A stretch of DNA of 37,044 nucleotides. It comes from a bacterium (GTDB taxonomy: Bacteria > SZUA-182 > DTGQ01). The position numbers were made by a program, and so were the translations under genes. A model generated the notes under the pieces. The model saw only the letters and a program-made list of their open reading frames with translations, was not told where the DNA came from and ran no database searches. Below, one piece after another: positions 7,099 through 15,407 of this stretch; within the stretch, counting starts at the first letter, position 1, and each line of letters opens with the position of its first letter. The stretch spans positions 1-37,044 of the forward strand of contig JBFMGO010000049.1 of assembly GCA_040752695.1 (NCBI GenBank). Direction: 5' to 3'.

Positions 7099-8049
7099 TC
7101 AGAGAATCAGGTTAAATAAATAGCCCGTAAACATAATACCTATTCCAACAATGCTGGCAAAGATAACGAGCAGTTTTACCTTCATTACCTTCCGCAGGAT
7201 CATAAATGCGGGCAATGACAATCCTACCACAGCCATCATAAAGGCCAGACTGGTTCCCATACTGACACCCTTTTCGGTCAAGACACTGATAAGCGGGATA
7301 ATACCGGCAGCATTCGAGTAGAGCGGGATACCGAGCAAGGTGGCCAGGGGGACAGCATACCAGGTGCTTCTCCCAGCATACCTGGCGAGAAAGTCAGTAG
7401 GCACGTAGCCATGTATCCAGGCTCCAATGCCGATGCCGATAACCACATGGGGCCAGATCTGCTTTATAATGTCAAAAGTATAAGTGGTCGCATAGTTTAC
7501 CCTCTCGGCCAAACTCATCTTCAGTGGATCTGCAGCCTTACCGGCCTTGCTTTTATAAACAAAATCTTCGACCAGACTTTCGACCTTGAGACGGCCAATA
7601 ACGATTCCCGAAATGATGGCAATACCCAGCCCGCTGAGGGTATAGATCAAGGCGATTCTCCATCCGAATAATCCCAAAAGCATAACCAGGGCCACTTCGT
7701 TAATCATCGGCGATGATACGAGAAAGGAGAAGGTCACACCCAGGGGGACTCCTGCCTCGACAAATCCTAAAAAGAGCGGAATGGCGCTGCACGAGCAAAA
7801 AGGCGTAATAATACCGAGAAGGGCTGCCAGTGCATTGCCATAGTGCTTCCTTTTGGCGGACAGGATTTTCCTGATCTTTTCTGGGGGCAAAAACGACCTG
7901 ATAAAAGAAACCACGAAGATAATGACCATAAGGAGAAAAAATATCTTGACCGTTTCATAGGTAAAGAAGTTTACCGCTTCAGCGAGCAGCCCTTTCGGGC
8001 TCAGCGAAAGAAGATTATAGGTGATCCAGTCGGCAAAGTATTTTATCAT
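7099..8049 (-). CDS. arsP: ArsP-family (DUF318) permease
   Basis: GIITPFCSCSAIPLFLGF, GVPLGVTFSFLVSSPMINEV, GIPLYSNAAG, GTSLAFMMAVVGLSLP. Confidence 0.85.
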   Translation of the reverse strand: MIKYFADWITYNLLSLSPKGLLAEAVNFFTYETVKIFFLLMVIIFVVSFIRSFLPPEKIRKILSAKRKHYGNALAALLGIITPFCSCSAIPLFLGFVEAGVPLGVTFSFLVSSPMINEVALVMLLGLFGWRIALIYTLSGLGIAIISGIVIGRLKVESLVEDFVYKSKAGKAADPLKMSLAERVNYATTYTFDIIKQIWPHVVIGIGIGAWIHGYVPTDFLARYAGRSTWYAVPLATLLGIPLYSNAAGIIPLISVLTEKGVSMGTSLAFMMAVVGLSLPAFMILRKVMKVKLLVIFASIVGIGIMFTGYLFNLIL

Positions 8050-8110
8050 GCCCTTTCCTTAATATTATGCCTCGCAAAAAATAAAAAAATGATAACATGA
8101 AAGGCAAAAA

Positions 8111-8203
8111 GCATTATAGACACAAAAGAGCACAGAGGAAAATCTTCCTGCCATCAAGGAATAGTAGCCTCTGTGCCTTTTGTGTCTTAAGCGGTTATAA
8201 TGC
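8111..8203. repeat. Long imperfect inverted repeat (CACAGAG type) in the arsP 5' leader
   Basis: GACACAAAAG-A-GCACAGAGG (8119-8138) pairs with CCTCTGTGC-CTTTTGTGTC (8168-8186); outer arms GCATTATA / TATAATGC. Confidence 0.75.
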
Positions 8204-8240
8204 CAAGCCCTTCCATACTCGCTTCTCACTAACTTCCCTT

Positions 8241-8275
8241 ATGGTAAAAATAACCAAATAGCCAACAATTGTCAA
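8241..8275 (-). promoter_or_regulatory. sigma70 promoter of the ars operon with overlapping putative ArsR operator
   Basis: Minus strand TTGACA (8275-8270), 17 bp, TATTTT (8252-8247); dyad TGGT-tattttt-ACCA over the -10. Confidence 0.65.
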
Positions 8276-8332
8276 CACCTTTCCCTTATCTGCGGCTAAC
8301 TGGCAATACTGCTCACTGCATCCTGACTGTTC

Positions 8333-8874
8333 TCAGATAAGTGCACTTGCAGTCAAATAGGATGCTGGAGGAATTATCCCAAGAGTCAGGAGAAAAGTCT
8401 GAGCGGCAGTATTAGCCAGAGGTACCGTAGCCAGGAGGAAACTAGGATTTTGCGGCGGCAAGAGTTGATAGGATGACGGCAGAGTCAGGGGTAAGGGAAG
8501 TCCGATAGCATTTTTTAAATAAGCTGGCGGCCAGAAATTCACATTCTGCCAGTAAGGATCATAATAGGCCAGCCCCACTGGGAGTACAGTAAAGCAGGTA
8601 CGGATATGGTGCAAACGGGTCCCAGGTCAGGCCGGGTTGTACAGCCAGTCTCGTAGCAGGGGTCAACGATGTTACGATCGGAGTGGGTAACCCCGTGGGA
8701 TGAATCAACCGGCGACAAGACAGGGGACCATAATGGCCAGAGTGTATTGTATGGGGGCAGCGCAGTCCATTGAGACGCCGCCCTGGCGATAGATGAAAAT
8801 CCCAGAAACAGGGTAACTGTACTAACCAACACACAGGCTTTAAAGAAACTACCGGAAAATCTCTTCCTGTTCAT
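8333..8874 (-). pseudogene. Exported Pro/Leu/aromatic-rich protein split by two +1 frameshifts (~8701 and ~8581)
   Basis: RBS GGGAGG; signal peptide; QWTALPPYNTLWPLWSPVLSPVDS continues in a second frame as PTGLPTPIVTSLTPATRLAVQPGLTWDP..LLY and in a third as PVGLAYYDP..LTASALI*. Could be assembly error. Confidence 0.65.
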
Positions 8875-8993
8875 CTTGAAACCTCCCTTCTTGATTTAAG
8901 TAATGTGTTTAATGATAAAGTAAAACTGCTATAAAGTAATAATGCGTTCATATACTCACTGTTATGCTTTTTTTACCCACCGGTTATTTCCTT

Positions 8994-9028
8994 ATTGGAA
9001 ATATAACCAAATAACCAATAAATGTCAA
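8994..9028 (-). promoter_or_regulatory. Second copy of the ars-type promoter/operator, upstream of the 8333-8874 gene
   Basis: Minus strand TTGACA (9028-9023), 17 bp, TATATT (9005-9000); dyad TTGG-ttatattt-CCAA; closely similar to 8237-8276. Confidence 0.65.
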
Positions 9029-9119
9029 CTTCTTTAGAATGGCACTGTCTCCAGGCTACACAGATTGCGTGGGTTTCTGAGACCACTGATCGCTGGTTAT
9101 ACATCAATGGATTTTGCAG

Positions 9120-9310
9120 GTGTACAATAATCGGAGCGGAACACCCGGTTTTTGGATCAGCGGGCGAAAGAACAAAGGGCCACAATGGCCGAAGGTGTTT
9201 GTATCAGGAAAGGGAAAGCCAGTATTGTGTCATCTGGGCAATTGGTGTGTACCATGAAGATAAGACGCCTCAAAAGTAAGGTGATAACCGTTGGTTCTCT
9301 CACCTCCTCA
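9120..9310 (-). pseudogene. Decayed paralog of the 8333-8874 gene
   Basis: RBS GAGGAGGTG, then ACG in place of a start and a hydrophobic stretch, then QYWLSLS*YKHLRPLWPFVLSPADPKTGCSAPIIV, which aligns with QWTALPPYNTLWPLWSPVLSPVDSPTGLPTPIV. Confidence 0.6.
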
Positions 9311-9349
9311 TCTCATGAAAGGGGCAGGGTTTTCTCACTCCGCCCGCAA

Positions 9350-9381
9350 TAAGATGGTGAGGCAAAAGCCCCACCATCTTA
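9350..9381 (-). terminator. Hairpin downstream of the 9401-9655 fragment
   Basis: TAAGATGGTGAGGC-AAAA-GCCCCACCATCTTA stem-loop. Confidence 0.5.
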
Positions 9382-9400
9382 ATTGTTAGGGGTTCAAGAG

Positions 9401-9655
9401 TTAATACGACCACCAGGGTTGGACATCCACTGGGAACCTGGATGTTGCCCAACCGCCGCGCTGGTCGAAAGCGGTTATTTCTACCCAATACAGACCTGGG
9501 AAATTCGTCTGAAAGGTCCAATAAGCTCTTTGATTACCCTTCTCATCCGTATCCATGGCCATTGATCCGATGTTGCATGAATAGTAGAGTTCCTCTCCAT
9601 CCGGATCACGAAAATCGAGCATGGGTGGACCGAGAATGAAAAGCTGACCTGCTTT
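9401..9655 (-). pseudogene. Probable C-terminal fragment of an Ig/PKD-like exported protein
   Basis: KAGQLFILGPPMLDFRDPDGEELYY..FPGLYWVEITAFDQRGGWATSRFPVDVQPWWSY* resembles a DPDG..YxVxxxxxDxxGG beta-sandwich repeat; no RBS or signal peptide; stop codon immediately upstream. Confidence 0.5.
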
Positions 9656-9961
9656 TTACAAGTATATATCCCATGGAAATTACAGCAATATTAATAATCC
9701 TGCCAGGATATCATCATGGTATGCAAAATTATTCATATATCATAGGACTTATGACTTAATTCTTTGTTTATTTAATCCTTAAATTAGTTAAATATGTGAA
9801 ATAAGATCTCTCATATCCAATAGTCAACAGGATGTCATTATTATTTCGAACGAATGACAGTAGATGGTAATATGAGGTAGCAGGATTGAGAACGACGCGG
9901 GGGGATTCCTTGTACCGCAGGGGTGATCCTCTACAAGTAGCCACTGAGTGAATGCATTATA

Positions 9962-10090
9962 CACTGAGAGAAAGGACCACTCAGAGGTCCTTTCTCTCAG
10001 TGCGCCGCAATCAGTTAAGCGGCAGATCATAGAGGCGGCATCCTGTAGCCGCCTCTATTGGCGTGTTTTGTTGGCGAAAGGACCACTAAG
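9962..10090. mobile_element. Abutting MITE-like ends of the CTNAG-flanked family
   Basis: CACTGAGAGAAAGGACCA|CTCAG|AGGTCCTTTCTCTCAGTG ... GGCGAAAGGACCA|CTAAG; the last CTAAG contains the stop codon of the large beta-helix gene. Confidence 0.5.
10029..10058. terminator. GC-rich hairpin just downstream of the large beta-helix gene
   Basis: ATAGAGGCGGC-ATCCTGTA-GCCGCCTCTAT perfect 11-bp stem; no clear U-tract. Confidence 0.45.
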
Positions 10091-13000
10091 TCCCTGGATA
10101 AAAGCTACCATAGCTGAAGAGTAGAGAAGATCCGCTGCCATACCCGACCAAGAAAGCAGGGCTGGAACTATAGGAAGGATTGAGTGAGTAACCAGAAGGA
10201 TAGAGTAAATAACCAGGCGAAGAATACTGACCATAGCCGGATGAAGAAGAATTGGAGCTGCTGCTCAACGAGGGCAGATAACTGCTGTTCCACAGGGGCA
10301 TGTAGCTGTAACCATAAGACGGGGTATATCGTATTCCATTACCTGCTCCATAGCTGCTGCCTGTGCTGCTGCCGGTTGACCATCCTCCACTACCAGGGGG
10401 GAGTGCGGGATAACTGACTGAGTACAGGTGCATTTTTTGAGATTGCCTTTGTACGGTTATGGTGATCGTCTCTGATGCCGTACCTCCTCTATTGTCCTTT
10501 ACAGTGAAGGTTACGGCATAGACTCCCTGATCGAGGTCAGAGGGTGTCCAGGTAAAGAAACGGCTCGAAGGATCGAAGTTTGCACCTTGAGGTTTTCCGG
10601 AGATGAAATAGCTCAGGGTATCGCCTTTATCCACATCTTTGGCAGCGACCTGAAACTTCAACTGCTGGCCTGCAGATACTGTTTTATTTCCAATAGCGGA
10701 GAGGCTCGGCGGATGGTTGGGGCTCTTGGCCGTAATTTCCAGGGTACCTTCGACAGTACATTCTCCACTGGTCACGGTAAAGGTCGGCTGGTAAAGACCG
10801 ATCTGATCCTCCGTGCGTATCCAGGAGAAGGTGGCCGTATTATTTCCATGGTCGATGAGGGTCGCCCCTTCGGGCGCATTTTCGATACCGAAGCTCAGAC
10901 GGCTCCCGGAAGATGCAGAGGCGCTCAGGGTCAGGCTGAAGGCAAGATCCTCCACGGTAAGGGCCGAAGGCAATTCCAGAACGAGGTCGCTGCATGGTCC
11001 CGTCCCCTCCCTGGCTCCGATATCCGGCCCCTGGCCGATAAAAGTGTCATTCACGCCGGGAATGAGCTCGGCAGCATCGATACAGACAGATCCGGCCTGT
11101 AGGTAATAGCCTTCGGTCAGACCCGGGTTTTGCACAATCGCTCCCTTGCCGATGGCTCCTCCATCAAAGAGAAAATAGAAGCAGTTGGTTGAAGCTGTCA
11201 CGCGGGCCTCAACTGCGAATTCTCCCAGGCTCCCTTGACTCTCCAGACCGCTCTGATTGGCAGAGGCGGTCTCTTGACTGATTCCCCTGGGCAGATAAGC
11301 GAAGATATTGTTTCGCACATCTGCGGTACTGGTTGCATCGACGAACAGTCCGTCTCCAGGTCCCCTGTTAACCGGACCTGCTCCTCCCGTTGCATTTCCG
11401 ACGATGGTATTATGATAGATGCGGCAGGCCGATTCGCCGGCAAGCCTGATTTGATTGTAAAACCCGGCAGGATCGTATAAAAGGTTACGGATGATATCGA
11501 GGGCACAGTGATTGACGACTATCTGGCCTCCGCCTGCATAGGCATTCTGGTAAAATTCGCACCGCTCGATCTTTCCGGTGCAATTACTGATTATCAGGCC
11601 GTGGTGGGCGCTTTTGCGGATGGTGACGCCCTTGAGAATCACCTCGCAGCCGTCGATCAATACACCGGCTGTGGCATCTTTTCCGTTATCGTCAAAAACG
11701 GTATCTTCGATGGTGATCTTTGCCCCGAGCGTCGTGACCAGCCCTGGCTTGGTACTCCTTTTGGCTGTACAGCCGGACATGATCAAGGCGGTGCCATTGC
11801 CGCTCACCGTGATATTGGGAGAGCCGGTGTTGGAGTTCAGTGTGCAGCCGGTCACGGTGGCCGATGCTCCTTCCTGTACTGTCAGGTTGGGTCCAAAGGC
11901 GCACTGGCCGCTGTCATTGATAGTGCAGTTTTCCAGCGACACCGATGTTCCGGGATCAAAGATGCTGATGCCTACCGTGCCGCTGGAACTGATCGCAGTG
12001 TTTTTGATGGTGGCACAAGAGCCGCTCAGTACCGCCAATCCTGCTGTGCAGTTCGTGCCGTTGTGATCCAGGGTATTGGCAATGATCAGACCTGCATTCG
12101 ATCCGGCAATTACCGAAATGCCGGGGCAGCCGTTCCATTCGATCGAGTTATTGCGTATCTCGGTCACGGTGGAAGCTGTAATGCCGATGCCGGCAGCACC
12201 GTTGCGGCAGATCTTGTTTCCATATTCAAGTCCTACAGACACCCTTTGGCCATCACCCTCATGACCGATACCGGCTGTACCGTTGTCAGTCAGTTCGTTA
12301 TTGCTGATCTCGGCTACCGAAGCTCCCAGCATCAGGCCGATGCCTGCCGCGCCGTTTGCATATGAGATATTGCCGCTGATCTTCCCGCAGGTTCCGCCGT
12401 TACGGATGCCGATTCCGGCATCGTGATTAGCGTAGGTGCGGTTTGTGCTGATTTCCGAAGCATGTGCCCCATTGATCCCGATTCCGGCACCGTACCCGCC
12501 CTGACCGCCGCCAGTCACTTCATTGTTGGCAATCCGGACGTAACCCCAGCCGGTGTCCGTACCTTCCGAGCGGCAGCCTATGGCAGCATTGGCTGCGCCA
12601 TTCACGTAATTTTCCTCGATGATATGATAGACCATGCTCCCTGTTTTGGGATCAAGACCGCCCGTATCATCCGCACCGATACCTGCTCCGCACTCGCCGG
12701 TGCCGGAGGTATCGTTTTGGCCCGAATCATAGACCCGGTTCTTTCTGACCGTTGGATGGGTGGGCCTGTTCACCGCAAAGCGGCCCTGCTTCACGCCCGC
12801 ACGTCCGCCGATGCCGACCCAGGCGCTTTTGTAGACCAGATTGCCGACAATCAGGGCGTGGGCTCCGTGCTGGTTGCCGATACCGGGTGAGTCGTGGTCA
12901 TCAACCGAGATGGACTCGAAGCACTCGTTATTGTAAAAAATGGCATAGGCATAGTGATTATTCCCCAGGTTATTCCCCTCGTTGCGAAAGACTACATTGT

Positions 13001-14501
13001 TGATGACAATCGGGTGAGAGTCATATTTGATATTGGTGTAGCGAAAATCGAGCTGACCGTAAGGTGTGCCGGTATCCTCGCCATGAAACAGGGCGTGGCT
13101 TCCGATCCCGCTGCTTCCGTTGTCATTGACGATACAATTGATGACCGTGCCTGAAGCTCCCCGCATCTGTAAGGTATGCGCATGGCCTGGCAGAGTATGA
13201 TCCACGGCTGGCATGTGGGTGATAGTGAAACCGTCTACCAGCGTGCCCACGGTAGCGCCTTTGGGAAAATCGATCATCGGACTAGCGCTGGTTCCTGAAG
13301 GGAAGCCCGTTCCGTCAATCACTGTAGCAACGGCCCTGGCCAGCACTTTTTTCGATTCCTCACCATACAGGGTATCCGCATAACCCGGCCCTGCCACAAG
13401 GCTGCCGCCGCTGCCTGCGGCATCACTTACCAGCTTTATTCCCCTTTTCATGACAAGCTGCTCATAATAGGTACCGGCCTTGACCAGGACCGTATCCCTT
13501 GGCCGTGCAGCATCAATGGCAGACTGAATGGTCGCATACTTACTGCTGGGAACCACCAGGGTTTGGCAGGGCAAAGCGAGCCAGTTATTGATTACCTGGG
13601 TTATGACTTCCATTCTGGCGCGATTGAAACCGGGCACGCAATAAAACTGGCCATACCTGCCACCGGCAGTATTCATAAGGATAATGTTATCCGACTGATA
13701 GTTCTCGCTGTTCTCGGCAAATATCTCCTCGACCCGCCAGAAGGACATGTGGTGCCAATCCGAAGAGAGCGCATTGATCAGCAATTGATCGTAACAGAGC
13801 GCATAACTGGCCGTGTACTCGACAAAGGAACTGATATCATAGTCTCCATCGGGATCACCGTAATCCCGGACCGCTGTGGTCGGCTCCTGTAAACCGCCAC
13901 CCCGGCAAAGGCCAGATAAGGAAACATCAAGGACGTTGTTTGCTCCATTGGCCTGTGCACGGTAATCCTGCACCTTCCCGTCTGTCCCGACCGAGCCGCC
14001 AAAAGGCTCCGATCCTGTCCAGATCAGCATGTTGCCGCTCTCCATCCACTGCTCAGCCACCGATCCGTCAATTTCTCCCTGATAAACACGTGACGGACAA
14101 AGATCGATGATCAAAAGAACATCCAGATTGCCATCTTCCAGCCGCGCCTGCATCCAGCTATTGAGAGTATTGACTGTCTCCTGATTGGACCCTGAAAACA
14201 GGGTCTTTTGTATCGTCGGCCCCAGATGCCTGGAGAGGTAGTTGGCACAGGCATCCTGCTCCTTCAGGCTCATCAGCCCTTGAACCTGCGGCCAGTATAT
14301 GGCCACCTCACCAAGGGGAGTATCCGCTGCTGCCCTGTTAAGACCATGAAATCCGATAATGCTCAGGAACACTGAACCTGCGATACATAAAGCCAGACCC
14401 TTCAAAAGCATCCTTCCCTCTGTTAACCTGATTCTTTCCGTCCTCCTTGCCGTCTTCATGATTATTTTCCCCCTTTCTTTCATTTCCTTCAAGACACTCA
14501 T
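10086..14501 (-). CDS. Large exported right-handed parallel beta-helix protein with two C-terminal Ig/cadherin-like domains and a Ser/Tyr/Gly-rich tail
   Basis: Hydrophobic signal; YATIQSAIDAARPRDTVLVKAGTYYE beta-helix cap; many NxxxxNxxAGIG repeats; CIDA..PDIGARE; NHPPSLSAIGNKTVSAGQQLKF..FTWTP..GVYAVTFTVKD. Start may be the ATG at 14459. Confidence 0.85.
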   Translation of the reverse strand: MSVLKEMKERGKIIMKTARRTERIRLTEGRMLLKGLALCIAGSVFLSIIGFHGLNRAAADTPLGEVAIYWPQVQGLMSLKEQDACANYLSRHLGPTIQKTLFSGSNQETVNTLNSWMQARLEDGNLDVLLIIDLCPSRVYQGEIDGSVAEQWMESGNMLIWTGSEPFGGSVGTDGKVQDYRAQANGANNVLDVSLSGLCRGGGLQEPTTAVRDYGDPDGDYDISSFVEYTASYALCYDQLLINALSSDWHHMSFWRVEEIFAENSENYQSDNIILMNTAGGRYGQFYCVPGFNRARMEVITQVINNWLALPCQTLVVPSSKYATIQSAIDAARPRDTVLVKAGTYYEQLVMKRGIKLVSDAAGSGGSLVAGPGYADTLYGEESKKVLARAVATVIDGTGFPSGTSASPMIDFPKGATVGTLVDGFTITHMPAVDHTLPGHAHTLQMRGASGTVINCIVNDNGSSGIGSHALFHGEDTGTPYGQLDFRYTNIKYDSHPIVINNVVFRNEGNNLGNNHYAYAIFYNNECFESISVDDHDSPGIGNQHGAHALIVGNLVYKSAWVGIGGRAGVKQGRFAVNRPTHPTVRKNRVYDSGQNDTSGTGECGAGIGADDTGGLDPKTGSMVYHIIEENYVNGAANAAIGCRSEGTDTGWGYVRIANNEVTGGGQGGYGAGIGINGAHASEISTNRTYANHDAGIGIRNGGTCGKISGNISYANGAAGIGLMLGASVAEISNNELTDNGTAGIGHEGDGQRVSVGLEYGNKICRNGAAGIGITASTVTEIRNNSIEWNGCPGISVIAGSNAGLIIANTLDHNGTNCTAGLAVLSGSCATIKNTAISSSGTVGISIFDPGTSVSLENCTINDSGQCAFGPNLTVQEGASATVTGCTLNSNTGSPNITVSGNGTALIMSGCTAKRSTKPGLVTTLGAKITIEDTVFDDNGKDATAGVLIDGCEVILKGVTIRKSAHHGLIISNCTGKIERCEFYQNAYAGGGQIVVNHCALDIIRNLLYDPAGFYNQIRLAGESACRIYHNTIVGNATGGAGPVNRGPGDGLFVDATSTADVRNNIFAYLPRGISQETASANQSGLESQGSLGEFAVEARVTASTNCFYFLFDGGAIGKGAIVQNPGLTEGYYLQAGSVCIDAAELIPGVNDTFIGQGPDIGAREGTGPCSDLVLELPSALTVEDLAFSLTLSASASSGSRLSFGIENAPEGATLIDHGNNTATFSWIRTEDQIGLYQPTFTVTSGECTVEGTLEITAKSPNHPPSLSAIGNKTVSAGQQLKFQVAAKDVDKGDTLSYFISGKPQGANFDPSSRFFTWTPSDLDQGVYAVTFTVKDNRGGTASETITITVQRQSQKMHLYSVSYPALPPGSGGWSTGSSTGSSYGAGNGIRYTPSYGYSYMPLWNSSYLPSLSSSSNSSSSGYGQYSSPGYLLYPSGYSLNPSYSSSPAFLVGYGSGSSLLFSYGSFYPGT

Positions 14502-14752
14502 TTCCTCAAGACACCCATTATCTTCATTTTTCTTTTTTATGCTACCTTAAAAGACGCGGCAGTAGCTCTTTATCTTATCAGAATCCTGACTTAAATCCAA
14601 TTATTTAAAATTCAGCGCCTTCTTGAAAAAAGATCATTGAAATGTAAAACATAAACCGGCACAGGAGTTCGCATGGAAGCTGGCAGGAGGATTTCCTTTT
14701 GTTTACCTCTCATTACGAAAGAATGCTCCTTGAGAAATCCGTCGATCCTGCT

Positions 14753-15301
14753 TCACTTCCTTCTTTTGCGCTTCTTCGCTCTTTGGGGATGGTCAGGCTC
14801 CGATTGCAGCCTCGCTTCGAGGGTTGAGAGTATATGCCGGATATCCTGCTGACCGATAATGAATACTGCCGCCAACAGGGGAATATAGAGGGAAAAAAAT
14901 AATGTCACCGCACCGAGAATGCGGAAATCTACTTTCGACCAGGAGCACAGAAGCGGTACGGTAACGGCAACAGGAAAAAGAAAAAGGAAGAAGCGGCCCG
15001 AAAAGGTCAGGGTGAGGGTCCCATGAAGAACAATACCTTCTTGCTCTCTTCTGAGTTCGGCATAAAAATACGGAATGATGGGAGTGCCGCGCCTGCCATA
15101 GTGTCTCATACTGTTGACAATAACCCGATAAGGGCGGATAACATGGATATTCAATCCGGAAGTAAACCCTCCAGTTTGTCTGAGTGTTTCCAGAGTGCTA
15201 TCCATGCTCATGTGTCGAGACCTGACCTTTGCCTCCGTACGCCAGAAAAAAAACTTCAATGCTGTCAGGATGATAGAACGGTACTGTTTTTTCACCTGCA
15301 T
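14753..15301 (-). CDS. Hypothetical membrane protein (two C-terminal TM helices, basic tail)
   Basis: 182-aa ORF co-oriented with neighbours; two hydrophobic segments. Confidence 0.6.
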   Translation of the reverse strand: MQVKKQYRSIILTALKFFFWRTEAKVRSRHMSMDSTLETLRQTGGFTSGLNIHVIRPYRVIVNSMRHYGRRGTPIIPYFYAELRREQEGIVLHGTLTLTFSGRFFLFLFPVAVTVPLLCSWSKVDFRILGAVTLFFSLYIPLLAAVFIIGQQDIRHILSTLEARLQSEPDHPQRAKKRKRRK

Positions 15302-15344
15302 CCCCCGCTATTATTGCCTCTCCCCGGTAGTATCGATAACCATT

Positions 15345-15407
15345 CCCTGCATCGTCCTGTATTCAGGCATCCTGTATCCCAGTTTCCCGCATCCAGTATC
15401 TGGCGTC
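15345..15407. repeat. Degenerate heptamer array (CCWGYAT)
   Basis: CCTGCAT, CCTGTAT, CAGGCAT, CCTGTAT, CCCGCAT, CCAGTAT; the 15-mer CCCGCATCCAGTATC recurs at 32102-32116. Confidence 0.7.

Noticed and set aside
5545..8049. Selenocysteine recoding in the DGC, thioredoxin or ArsP genes
   Set aside because: The relevant motifs contain Cys codons and the frames are uninterrupted; no in-frame TGA needs explaining.
9824..10030. 68-aa ORF, or a riboswitch/ribozyme at the CACTGAG hairpins
   Set aside because: No hammerhead CUGANGA/GAAA core or c-di-GMP/c-di-AMP consensus found by eye; the hairpin is better explained by abutting inverted element ends.
10184..14002. Many ORFs antisense to or overlapping the beta-helix gene (e.g. 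11508-12365)
   Set aside because: Shadow ORFs of a long GC-rich coding sequence.
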